64,000 nucleotides of DNA from Candidatus Omnitrophota bacterium (GTDB taxonomy: Bacteria > Omnitrophota > Omnitrophia > Omnitrophales > Aquincolibacteriaceae). The stretch spans positions 7,947 to 71,946 of the forward strand of contig JAFGHI010000045.1 of the NCBI GenBank assembly GCA_016930235.1. The letters run 5' to 3'. The translations under genes were made by a program, and so were the position numbers. Shown piece by piece: positions 10,275-18,842 of this stretch (position 1 is the first letter of the stretch; every line of letters begins with the position of its first letter). Under the pieces are notes generated by a model. The model was not told the origin of the DNA, did not search any database, and worked only from the letters and a program-made list of their open reading frames with translations.

Positions 10275-11312
10275 ATGCAGGAATTTTCAGGGGACGAACG
10301 GCAGTTTATTTTAAGGGAGATCGGACGCGAAGGGCAGCGCGCGCTGGATGCTTCGAGGGTCGCTATCGTGGGGATGGGTATTCTCGGTTCGATTGCCTCG
10401 GATATGCTTGCTCGTGCCGGCATCGGTGTTTTGCGGGTGATCGACCGTGATTTCCTGAAAGCGGGGGACAGGACTCATCAGGGGCTTTTTCGTCCCGAGG
10501 ATTTGGCCTTGAGACTGCCAAAGGCGACTGCGGCCGCAAAAAGGCTGCAGGAAATCAATCCGGAGATTTGCATTGAGCCGGTGATTGCGGATCTTGGGCC
10601 TGAGAATGTCGACGAGGTTTTAAAGGACATCCATCTCGTGATTGACGGGACCGATAATTTTGAAACGCGGTATTTGATCAATGATTTTTCACTTTCACAC
10701 AAAATCCCCTGGATTTATGGGGGGGCTTTGAGTACCGAAGGTATGTCGTATGTGATCTTGCCGGGAAAAGGGCCCTGCCTCCGGTGTCTTTTCGGAGAAG
10801 GACCTGTTTTTGGGGATAAACAAAGTTGTGATCAATGGGGAATTCTTGCGCCGGTAGGGCATCTCATTGCTTCCTTCCAGGTGATTGAGGCGATCAAGAT
10901 TTTGGCGGGGAAGTTCGATGCAGTAGAAAGGAAGCTTTGGAAGGTCGATCTTTGGAGCCGCCAGTTTAAAGCCATTTCGGTTCTTCATCTTGAATCCATG
11001 CCCTGTGAGGGTTGTAAGCGCGGGAAATATCCCTGGCTTGAGAAAAAAGAGGGGCTTCGTTTAATGGCGTGGCGGGGGAGAAATGCCGTTCAGGTTTCTT
11101 TTTCACCGGAGAATCGGGAGAAGCCCAATCTTGAAGAGCTGATCTCCAAATGGGGTCATCTTCGGGAAGTTTCACGGAATCCTTATTATGTCCGGGGCTG
11201 CGGGGAAGATTTCGAGATCACGGTTTTTCAATGCGGCCGGACCATTATCCAAGGGACAGAAGATCCCGGGAAGGCAAAAAGTCTTTATGAAAAATATATT
11301 TCTGCTCTTTAG
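10275..11312 (+). CDS. ThiF/MoeB/HesA-family E1-like adenylyltransferase with an extra ~90 aa C-terminal domain
   Basis: VAIVGMGILGSIASDMLARAGIG nucleotide-binding motif, zinc CxxC pairs (GPCLRC ... PCEGC), then an unassigned C-terminal extension. Confidence 0.7.
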   Translation: MQEFSGDERQFILREIGREGQRALDASRVAIVGMGILGSIASDMLARAGIGVLRVIDRDFLKAGDRTHQGLFRPEDLALRLPKATAAAKRLQEINPEICIEPVIADLGPENVDEVLKDIHLVIDGTDNFETRYLINDFSLSHKIPWIYGGALSTEGMSYVILPGKGPCLRCLFGEGPVFGDKQSCDQWGILAPVGHLIASFQVIEAIKILAGKFDAVERKLWKVDLWSRQFKAISVLHLESMPCEGCKRGKYPWLEKKEGLRLMAWRGRNAVQVSFSPENREKPNLEELISKWGHLREVSRNPYYVRGCGEDFEITVFQCGRTIIQGTEDPGKAKSLYEKYISAL

Positions 11313-11709
11313 ACGAATCCTTGCCGCTGGAGGGTTGGGCCTCTTTTTTTTCTGGGTCGCGTCGTCCGCTTTTGCGGAAACGGTCAAGGAAGCCACTCCT
11401 TTTAAGGTCCTTGAGAATGTCATTGATGAATTCCGAAAGCCGTTAGTCGATCCGGAGGCCTTCAAGGTCGAGGAGCAATCGGTCGATCCTCTCACGAATA
11501 AGCTTAATGAAAGCCGCAATAAGTTTTACAGGAAACGGCAGGAAAAAAGAAATAAGTTTCTTCAGCAGGTGCGCAAGGGAGAGTGGGACGCTAAAAAGCT
11601 TCAGGAAGAGCTGGCGAAATTTCAGCAAAAGGACCAAAAAGAACTGCAAAAATTTATGCGCAAACAAAGTAAAAAGTTAGAAAAATATTTGGATCAAAAG
11701 GGGTCGTAG
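11287..11709 (+). CDS. Secreted lysine-rich coiled-coil protein (signal peptide)
   Basis: MKNIFLLFRRILAAGGLGLFFFWVASSAFA signal peptide, followed by a K/E/Q-rich helical tail. Start moved to ATG 11287; the track ORF starts inside the thiF-like gene. Confidence 0.4.
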   Translation: MKNIFLLFRRILAAGGLGLFFFWVASSAFAETVKEATPFKVLENVIDEFRKPLVDPEAFKVEEQSVDPLTNKLNESRNKFYRKRQEKRNKFLQQVRKGEWDAKKLQEELAKFQQKDQKELQKFMRKQSKKLEKYLDQKGS

Positions 11710-11712
11710 CAT

Positions 11713-12189
11713 ATGACGGATAAAGTTTTTTTAACGCGAGAAGGTTTCGAGAAACTTGCCGAAGAATTGAAATATTTAAAGACAAAGAAGCGCCGTGAAG
11801 TGGCCAACCAGCTGGAACACGCAAGGGCGTTAGGGGATTTGAGGGAGAATGCGGAGTACGAGACGGCCAAAGAGGCCAAACACCAGCTGGAATCGCGGAT
11901 CCATGACCTGGAAATGAAACTTGCGCGTGCCAAGATCGTTGAACCCGGGAACGTACCGATTGATAAAGCGTATGTCGGAACAACCTTGCAGCTGAAAAAT
12001 CTCAAGACGGGAGACACGCTGCAATACTCTTTAGTTCCGCAGGATGAGGCCGATTTTGATAAGGGGAAGATATCGGTCACCTCCCCGCTGGGCAAAGGCC
12101 TGCTTGGGAAAGCACCCAAGGAAGTTGCGGAGATCAAAGTGCCGGCGGGGATCCTTCAATTTGAAATTCTAAAGATTACGAGGTCCTAA
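11713..12189 (+). CDS. greA: Transcription elongation factor GreA
   Basis: LTREGFEKLAEELKYL..., RENAEYETAKE... and a C-terminal FKBP-like domain; 158 aa. Confidence 0.9.
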   Translation: MTDKVFLTREGFEKLAEELKYLKTKKRREVANQLEHARALGDLRENAEYETAKEAKHQLESRIHDLEMKLARAKIVEPGNVPIDKAYVGTTLQLKNLKTGDTLQYSLVPQDEADFDKGKISVTSPLGKGLLGKAPKEVAEIKVPAGILQFEILKITRS

Positions 12190-13011
12190 ATGAAAATCAC
12201 ACAAGCTCCATTCTATTCTTTCTTTAGCATTCCGTTTTACCGCGAGGTTATTATGATGCCGCTCAGGAAGGGGTTCCTCTACCTTCTTTATCTGGCGGGG
12301 ATTGCGACGGCGGTTTTTGCGGTCTATGTTTCGTTGATCCTGGTTCCTCGGGTGAATAACTTTATCGGCTGGATGCAGCAGGAAATGCCGCCTCTTTTTT
12401 GGAACGGGGAAAGCCTGACGATGAGTACCCAGGAAGCCTATACCATGTTTCATCCGGAGCTGGGGCTGGTGGCGGTGATCGATACCAATCAAAAAGATAT
12501 CACGTTAGCTCAGATGGGAGATGCCCCCGTTTTTGTGACCTCCGAAAAAGTCTATATCAAAAGGGAGGGCGGGGGGCTTAACCTCTATCCCTTGGCGGAT
12601 TTTTTTAATCAGGGACCTGATACGAGGATGGAAGTCCAGTTCGACGGGAATTTTATCGACCAGTTTTACCGTTCCTGGAAACCCTGGGCAATTTTTTCCG
12701 CGTTGGTCTTTTATCTGCCTTTCTTTTTTATCTGGAAAATCGTGGCAGCACTTTTTTACTCGCTTTTCGGTCTCTTGGTGAATCAGTTCCGCAAGAACAA
12801 ACTGCCCTATTCGGCGGTGTTGAATGTTACGATCTTTGCCTTAACGCCGATGATTTTGATTCAGCTCTTGGGATTTTTCATCCCGGTTTTGAATCTGATC
12901 TTCTTGGGTTTTTTCGGGGCCTTTGTCGTGATGTGGATTTATCTCTTCTTGGGGATCAAACTGACGGAATCCGCTTCGGAGGTTGAACCGCCGCCGGAGA
13001 GCGGTCTTTAG
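12190..13011 (+). CDS. Polytopic membrane protein (DUF1189-like)
   Basis: Several hydrophobic helices with a central soluble segment. No catalytic motif was recognised. Confidence 0.35.
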   Translation: MKITQAPFYSFFSIPFYREVIMMPLRKGFLYLLYLAGIATAVFAVYVSLILVPRVNNFIGWMQQEMPPLFWNGESLTMSTQEAYTMFHPELGLVAVIDTNQKDITLAQMGDAPVFVTSEKVYIKREGGGLNLYPLADFFNQGPDTRMEVQFDGNFIDQFYRSWKPWAIFSALVFYLPFFFIWKIVAALFYSLFGLLVNQFRKNKLPYSAVLNVTIFALTPMILIQLLGFFIPVLNLIFLGFFGAFVVMWIYLFLGIKLTESASEVEPPPESGL

Positions 13012-13925
13012 AATTCTTCCTTCCGTTTCTTTGCGGAAGCCGTATGTTTTTTGGTTTCGGATAGAGAAATCAGGGACCCTCCCAGAATAATGAGAAAGGC
13101 ACCGAAGGCAGAAAACACGGTGGGAATCTCGCCGAAGAAAACTATCCCGTAAAGAAAAGTTAAAAGGGGTGTGACATACGAAAAGGGCCCTAAAAGGGAC
13201 GCCGGTGCCCGTCTTAAGGAAATCGTCAGCCAGAGTTGTCCGAAGAAAGATCCGATGGCTACACCGATGAGGGCAAGCCAAGCTTTGGGATTCGGCCAGA
13301 CGAATCCAAAGGGAAGATAAAAAAGAGACCCCAGCGTTGAAATTCCGGTGAAATAAAAAATGATGGTGAGGGGAGATTCCCGATGTTTGACGGCACGAAT
13401 CAGGACATAAGCGATTGAAGCGAAGAACGCCGACAGGAGCCCAAAGAGTACATAGATATTCCAATCCGGGAATTGTCCTTCCACCAGAAAATAAACGCCC
13501 AAGAAGGCGGTCAAGATCATGCCCGTAAGCAGCCGGCTTGGGCGTTCACCCAAAAAGGCGGTTGCTAAGATAGCGGCAAAGATGGGGGATGTGTAATTAA
13601 GCAGAACGGCGGTCCCCAGCGGAATTTTTGAAATCGTATAAAAGAAAAGGGACAAAGCGGCAAAACCGCTCAAACCCCGGAAAAACATCAACCGCCTTTG
13701 CTGTCCGAGAAGCGGGACCTTCTTTGCGATCATTACGGTGAGGATGAGAAGGGTGCCGAAGAGGCTCCGGAAGAAGACAATCTCTAGACTTGGTAGCCAG
13801 CGGCTTACCGTTTTGACGCAAAGCGCCATCACGGAGAAGGCAATCGAAGCCTGCACCATATAAAGGATGCCGGACAAATAGAATTTTGATCGTTTTTTCA
13901 TAAGCGGGAAAATCATATAATACAC
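13008..13925 (-). CDS. EamA/DMT-family transporter (10-TM drug/metabolite exporter)
   Basis: Duplicated 5-TM EamA halves (…ASIAFSVMALCVKTV… / …SIAYVLIRAV…). One of only two minus-strand genes. Confidence 0.75.
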   Translation of the reverse strand: MYYMIFPLMKKRSKFYLSGILYMVQASIAFSVMALCVKTVSRWLPSLEIVFFRSLFGTLLILTVMIAKKVPLLGQQRRLMFFRGLSGFAALSLFFYTISKIPLGTAVLLNYTSPIFAAILATAFLGERPSRLLTGMILTAFLGVYFLVEGQFPDWNIYVLFGLLSAFFASIAYVLIRAVKHRESPLTIIFYFTGISTLGSLFYLPFGFVWPNPKAWLALIGVAIGSFFGQLWLTISLRRAPASLLGPFSYVTPLLTFLYGIVFFGEIPTVFSAFGAFLIILGGSLISLSETKKHTASAKKRKEEF

Positions 13926-13934
13926 GAAATCCCG

Positions 13935-14690
13935 ATGATTGCGAGAAGGACGATGACAAAAAGGTGTTGTTTCGCATTTTTATTTTGCTTCCTGCTTTCT
14001 TCCAACTTCGCATTTGCAGGCGGATGGATTGAATTATCAGGTTCTCAAAAAGCCTATCTGGCTGTTCCCGACTGGAAAGAACAGGAATTTTTCCCCGTCG
14101 TGATTTTGGCTCACGGTCCCTGGGGGTTGGATCGCGAAATCCAGCGGACGGCGGATCGATTGGCCGAGGAAGGCTTTATCGCCTTGGCACCGGATTTTTA
14201 TGGCGGTGCCGTCATTGGAAATGAAGTCGAAGCCTACGAGAAAATGCAGACGTTGATTACAGAAGATGTTTTGTACCTTTTGATCGAGACTGTCGATTTT
14301 GCCCAAGATTATCCGCGCTCAGACCCGGAAAGGATCGGGATGATCGGATGGGCGAACGGCGGCGAGTTTTCGTTGAATTATGCCGTCAAGGATCTCCGCA
14401 TACGGGCCCTTGTGATTTATTACGGAAATATTCCTGCTGGGGAAAAGACCTTAGAAGGTCTTAAGATCCCGCTTCTCGGACTTTACGGTAAGAAAGACAA
14501 GAGTTTTACCCTTCGGGATGTCGAGGCGTTATGGTTTCGTTTAAGCCAGCTTCATAAACGTTCGACGCTTCATCTTTATGAAAAGGGAAGGTTTGGATTT
14601 GATCATCCGCGCCAGAGCGGTTACGATCCGTTGATAGCAGAAGATGCTTGGGAGAAGACGCGGGTGTTTTTGAAGGCGAATTTGGCGTGA
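13935..14690 (+). CDS. Dienelactone hydrolase family protein with signal peptide
   Basis: Signal peptide (FLFCFLLSSNFAFA), VVILAHGPWGLD, GMIGWANGG nucleophile elbow, and a C-terminal His region. Confidence 0.7.
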   Translation: MIARRTMTKRCCFAFLFCFLLSSNFAFAGGWIELSGSQKAYLAVPDWKEQEFFPVVILAHGPWGLDREIQRTADRLAEEGFIALAPDFYGGAVIGNEVEAYEKMQTLITEDVLYLLIETVDFAQDYPRSDPERIGMIGWANGGEFSLNYAVKDLRIRALVIYYGNIPAGEKTLEGLKIPLLGLYGKKDKSFTLRDVEALWFRLSQLHKRSTLHLYEKGRFGFDHPRQSGYDPLIAEDAWEKTRVFLKANLA

Positions 14691-14772
14691 AAGCTACAAG
14701 CCACAGGCTGCAGGCTTCAAAAAGCTTTTTGTAGCTTGCGGCCTGCAGCTTGCAGCTCATCCAAGGATAACG

Positions 14773-15420
14773 ATGAAAGAATCGATCAATCAGAAAAAAG
14801 ACCGCGTTAAAAAAATCATCCCGCGTTTGCGCCGAGTTTATCCCGAGGCGAAAACGGCGCTCGATTTCAGGACGCCCTTTCAGTTGTTGGTGGCCACCAT
14901 CCTCTCAGCCCAGTGTACGGATAAAAGAGTGAATATGGTGACGCCGGCCTTGTTTAAGAGGTATTCAACGGCCCGGGATTTTGTCGGAGCTCAAGCTTCT
15001 GAACTGGAAGATTTGATTCGAACGACGGGTTTTTATAAGAATAAGACAAAAAATATTTTGGGGGCATCCAAGGCAATCGTGGAACGTTTCGGCGGTGAAA
15101 TCCCCGGGCGATTGGAAGATTTGGTGACGCTTCCGGGAGTGGGGAGAAAGACTGCGAATGTTGTTCTGGGCAGCGCCTTTGGAATCCCGGGGCTGACGGT
15201 GGACACGCATATGATCCGTTTGAATCAGCGGCTTGGATTGACGAGGCATTCGGATGCGGTCAAGATCGAATTTGATTTGATGAAGATTGTGCCCGAAAAA
15301 GAATGGACGAATTATTCCCACCTTATTATCTCTCACGGGCGGGCGCGTTGTACGGCCCGTAAACCGGATTGTGTCGGCTGCGAAATCAATCATCTCTGTC
15401 CGTCAAAAGGGAAAGTCTAG
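14773..15420 (+). CDS. nth: Endonuclease III (Nth)
   Basis: HhH-GPD motif LPGVGRKTANVVL and a C-terminal CX6CX2CX5C cluster (CTARKPDCVGCEINHLC). Confidence 0.9.
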   Translation: MKESINQKKDRVKKIIPRLRRVYPEAKTALDFRTPFQLLVATILSAQCTDKRVNMVTPALFKRYSTARDFVGAQASELEDLIRTTGFYKNKTKNILGASKAIVERFGGEIPGRLEDLVTLPGVGRKTANVVLGSAFGIPGLTVDTHMIRLNQRLGLTRHSDAVKIEFDLMKIVPEKEWTNYSHLIISHGRARCTARKPDCVGCEINHLCPSKGKV

Positions 15421-15423
15421 ACG

Positions 15424-16536
15424 ATGGAAACTCAGGGGAAAATTGACAGCGCTTCGGTTAAACAATTAGCGTTTGAGATGGGATTCCATCAAGTTGGGGT
15501 CACTTCTTTTACAGGGCTTCGTGAAGCTGAGCCTGCCCTTCAGGAGTGGATCCAGGAAGGCCGGCACGGAACGATGAAATATCTGGCAGATTTTAAAAAG
15601 CGCCGCGAGCAATTGATCGAAAAATGTCCTGGCGCGAAGAGTGTGATTGTTCTGGCGGTGAATTATTACAGTACCGGTTCCAAAAGTGCCAGGTTTACGG
15701 GGGATGCTTACCGTGATGAAAAACCCGGTACTTTTGGAACCGGTAGCGTGATTGACGCGGTTGCCCTTTATGCCCAAGGCCGGGATTATCATGAGGTGAT
15801 CCAGGGAAAACACAAAGTTTTTATCGGAAAACTTCGGGGTCAATTACAAATTCCTTTCCAAGCTGTTTCCTGCGTGGATATTCAGCCTGTTCCGGAAAGA
15901 TTTGCCGCTGTTCGAGCCGGTCTTGGGTTTATCGGAAAGCACACAGGACTTTTGAGCCGTGAGTTTGGTCCCTGGCTTTTTCTCTCCGAGATCGTGACTG
16001 ATTTAGATTTGGTGGAAGATTCTCCGGCGGTGGGGGATTGCGGAAGCTGCCGGAAATGCCAGGTGGCCTGTCCAACGAAGGCGCTCGATCAGGATTACCG
16101 GATCGATGCGAGGCTTTGTCTGGCGTATCTGACGATCGAACATAAAGGGGCGATCCCTGAGGAGCTTCGTTCGAAGGTCGGTAACCGGATTTTCGGTTGC
16201 GATGAATGTTTGAAGGCATGTCCTTTTACCTCTTATCAAAAGAAAACCTCATGGCCGGAATTTCTTCCCGAATCCGGAGTCGGCCCTCGGATTGATTTCG
16301 AGAAATTGTTTTCTCTCCCCAGTAATCGAGCCTATGAAAAATGCTTCGCTCACACGGCCCTCACACGAACAGGAAAGAAACAAATGCTTCGCAATGTCTG
16401 CATCGTGATGGGTAATTCCGGAGATAAGGCCTATCTTCCTTTCTTGGAGAAGGTGGGCCGGGACGAGTCTTCGCTGGTGCGCGAACACGCTTCCTGGGCC
16501 TTGGCCCAAATCCAAACCGCTTCGCCCACCTCGTAG
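15424..16536 (+). CDS. queG: Epoxyqueuosine reductase QueG
   Basis: Cobalamin-dependent QueG fold with a 2x[4Fe-4S] ferredoxin segment (CGSCRKCQVACP ... CDECLKACP) and a HEAT-like C-terminus. Confidence 0.85.
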   Translation: METQGKIDSASVKQLAFEMGFHQVGVTSFTGLREAEPALQEWIQEGRHGTMKYLADFKKRREQLIEKCPGAKSVIVLAVNYYSTGSKSARFTGDAYRDEKPGTFGTGSVIDAVALYAQGRDYHEVIQGKHKVFIGKLRGQLQIPFQAVSCVDIQPVPERFAAVRAGLGFIGKHTGLLSREFGPWLFLSEIVTDLDLVEDSPAVGDCGSCRKCQVACPTKALDQDYRIDARLCLAYLTIEHKGAIPEELRSKVGNRIFGCDECLKACPFTSYQKKTSWPEFLPESGVGPRIDFEKLFSLPSNRAYEKCFAHTALTRTGKKQMLRNVCIVMGNSGDKAYLPFLEKVGRDESSLVREHASWALAQIQTASPTS

Positions 16537-16682
16537 ATGTCCTTTTTCTTAACGAGTGTATGCGGTCCGACATCGATACCGGGGTTGAGGAAATGACGGG
16601 CGTTAGGAATGTTAGAATCGGACACCTACGAGGTGGGCAGGCAGGCGCTAGCGGTGCTTTACAGGGAAGGGGATTTAAATTA

Positions 16683-16711
16683 TTGACAAATAAAGGGTTA
16701 TAGGGCAATAT
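16683..16711 (+). promoter_or_regulatory. Putative sigma70 promoter for cspA (TTGACA-N17-CAATAT)
   Basis: Perfect -35 TTGACA at 16683-16688 and a weaker -10 CAATAT at 16706-16711. This predicts a leader of roughly 215 nt before the cspA start. Confidence 0.4.
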
Positions 16712-16934
16712 TTTAATCAGCAGCATCGTAGTAGTAAGGGAGTATGAGATCGTAGTAATCGTAGAGCACAGTAGTTTGGCTTGAAGGTTCCTTGTTTCAA
16801 CTTCAGCTCTGTAAGCAGGTATTTACGAGATGGAGCACCAGTCACCGAATCCGCAAGATGTTCGAGCAGTCGGTCCTGTTAAATTTACTACCCGCTGTTT
16901 ACCTTAATTGCTTTTCGAAAGGAGAAAGGTATCC

Positions 16935-17135
16935 ATGGAAAAAGGATATGTGAAATGGTTTAACAATTCCAAGGGATATGGCTTTATTGCCCGCGAGTCC
17001 GGCGATGATGTGTTTGTGCATCACACCGGGATTGCCGGGGATGGCTATAAATCTTTGGAAGAAGGCCAAAAGGTCGAGTTTGAAGTGACCAAAGGCCCCA
17101 AGGGTCTTCAAGCCCAGAACGTCGTTAAGATTTAA
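16935..17135 (+). CDS. cspA: Cold-shock protein CspA family
   Basis: [18 protein letters not shown]...VFVHH with RNP1/RNP2 motifs. Start moved to ATG 16935 behind a GGAGAAAGG RBS. Confidence 0.9.
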   Translation: MEKGYVKWFNNSKGYGFIARESGDDVFVHHTGIAGDGYKSLEEGQKVEFEVTKGPKGLQAQNVVKI

Positions 17136-17153
17136 CTTCGTTTTAACCGAAAA

Positions 17154-17193
17154 GAGCGGCTTCTTGTCTTTCGATGAGAAGCCGCTTTTTTTC
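17154..17193 (+). terminator. Rho-independent terminator after cspA
   Basis: GAGCGGCTTCT ... AGAAGCCGCTC stem followed by TTTTTTT. Confidence 0.75.
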
Positions 17194-17297
17194 TGCCTTC
17201 AAATTCGTTTGAGGTTTCCCGCCGAATGTTGTATGTTGGGAAGGATTTCGCGGAAGACAAGGGGAGCCCCAAAAGCCCCCCCAAAAGGAGAAAAGAC

Positions 17298-17663
17298 ATG
17301 AGTTACCGGATTCTATTTGTTTTATCTGTGGTGTTCCTCACAGGCTGCTCGGCCCAGAGTCAATCCTTCCAAAAAGGCAACACCAGTTTAACGGACGAGA
17401 ATATTGAACTCGTTCAAGCCGGGATGCGAAGCGAAGAAGTCCTTAGCGTTCTGGGAGAAGCCGATGAGATCATCCCGCAAAAGGACGGGACCGAGGTCTG
17501 GATTTACCGTTCGGCCGAGAGCCAAAAGAACCGGGCCACGGATTTTTCCAAGAAAACGACCCGTGTCCGAGCCAAACGCCTTGAAGTCGAGGTCAATGCC
17601 GACGGGATCGTGACGAATGTCGTTTACGACGAATCGGATGAGACCAAGAAAAGCGTCTTTTAA
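17298..17663 (+). CDS. Outer-membrane lipoprotein, BamE (SmpA/OmlA)-like
   Basis: Lipobox LTGC. The mature part (ENIELVQAGMRSEEVLSVLGEADEI...EVWIYR) fits the BamE fold signature. Start moved to ATG 17298. Confidence 0.5.
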   Translation: MSYRILFVLSVVFLTGCSAQSQSFQKGNTSLTDENIELVQAGMRSEEVLSVLGEADEIIPQKDGTEVWIYRSAESQKNRATDFSKKTTRVRAKRLEVEVNADGIVTNVVYDESDETKKSVF

Positions 17664-17708
17664 TAGCGTCTGAATCGATCTCCGATATATCCGGAAAGGA
17701 GATGAGCT

Positions 17709-17999
17709 ATGGATGAAGAGAAAGCTTATGTGAGCGGTATCGAAGAGCAGCTGAAACTCTGGCAGGAGGCCATGGACAAGATCCAGAAAAAGATCGCGAA
17801 ACTCTCCCACGATGAAAAGGTCCAGTGCCAGGATATCGTGAAGAATTTTTATGAGAAAATGCCCGTGGTTTATCAGCATTTGGATGCCCTGCAAAAGGCA
17901 ACTCCCGAGACGCGCGACAAGATTAAGCATGATATTGAAAGTTCGACAGGAGAGTTGAAGGCGGCGATCGAGAAATTGACGACAGAACTTGGGTCATAA
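17709..17999 (+). CDS. Small coiled-coil hypothetical protein
   Basis: ORF of 96 aa with helical heptad character. No similarity recognised. Confidence 0.3.
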   Translation: MDEEKAYVSGIEEQLKLWQEAMDKIQKKIAKLSHDEKVQCQDIVKNFYEKMPVVYQHLDALQKATPETRDKIKHDIESSTGELKAAIEKLTTELGS

Positions 18000-18030
18000 A
18001 AACGACAGGGATTGCTGAACGGTTCAACGG

Positions 18031-18819
18031 GTGATTGAAACGGGGAAAAAGAGAAAAAGGAGAGCCTTTGTGTTGAAAACAACTCGTAGCCTGGGGGGGC
18101 TACTTTTGTGTCTTACATGTTCTTTTTTGAGTCTTCAGGCAGAAGAAGCGGTAGACCTGCCGCGTGTCGATGGGATTGTTTATGATGCCGACACACCGGC
18201 GAATTCCGCAGCTATTATTGACGAAACACCGCTTGGTGTCGGAGACCAGATAAAAGGTTTTCGCATCACAGAGATCCAGAGGAAGCTCGTTTTCCTGGAA
18301 GATGAAACAACTGGAGAAACGGTGACGCTTGAAATAACAGGCGGCCGGAAGGAACCCGAGAAGCCGGCCGAGATTCCGCAGGTTGAGATCGTCGAAGAGA
18401 CCACCGTCCAGCCGCTTTCAGCTATGGAGACCCTGCAGTATTACTGGCGTGAGTTGTGGATAAGGCTTTTCCCAGAAAAAGAAACTGCAGGGCCTCAAGG
18501 CATTCCCGAGCAGGCGAAAAAGGTTGCGCGTCAGGTCTTCAATGCGGGTCTTCAGTATTATTTGGACGAGAGCCGGCAACCGTCCGATATTCAGGTCCTG
18601 ATTTCTGCGGGTTATCTGAAATACGATTTTGACCGTGCGGTCAAAGATGCTTACCGATTTTATTTTGATAAGGACAAGAAAAAGCCCGGGGTCCATGCCG
18701 ATCCCCTCGGCCCCGAAGCCGTTTATCCGTACTATTTTTTGGACCGGGCCTACCGGATGCATGTCTCACCGGACGGTCCCGCAACGGCTGAAAGTCCAAT
18801 CGATTCGGGGGAATTTTAA
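18031..18819 (+). CDS. Hypothetical secreted protein
   Basis: N-terminal hydrophobic signal (LGGLLLCLTCSFLSLQA). No recognisable domain. Confidence 0.35.
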   Translation: MIETGKKRKRRAFVLKTTRSLGGLLLCLTCSFLSLQAEEAVDLPRVDGIVYDADTPANSAAIIDETPLGVGDQIKGFRITEIQRKLVFLEDETTGETVTLEITGGRKEPEKPAEIPQVEIVEETTVQPLSAMETLQYYWRELWIRLFPEKETAGPQGIPEQAKKVARQVFNAGLQYYLDESRQPSDIQVLISAGYLKYDFDRAVKDAYRFYFDKDKKKPGVHADPLGPEAVYPYYFLDRAYRMHVSPDGPATAESPIDSGEF

Positions 18820-18842
18820 AAAAAGGAATTTCTGCCGACTCT

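Noticed and set aside
12841-13464. 207 aa minus-strand ORF overlapping the EamA transporter in another frame
   Set aside because: The EamA frame gives a coherent 10-TM duplicated-domain protein. This frame gives an Arg/Ser-rich low-complexity product.
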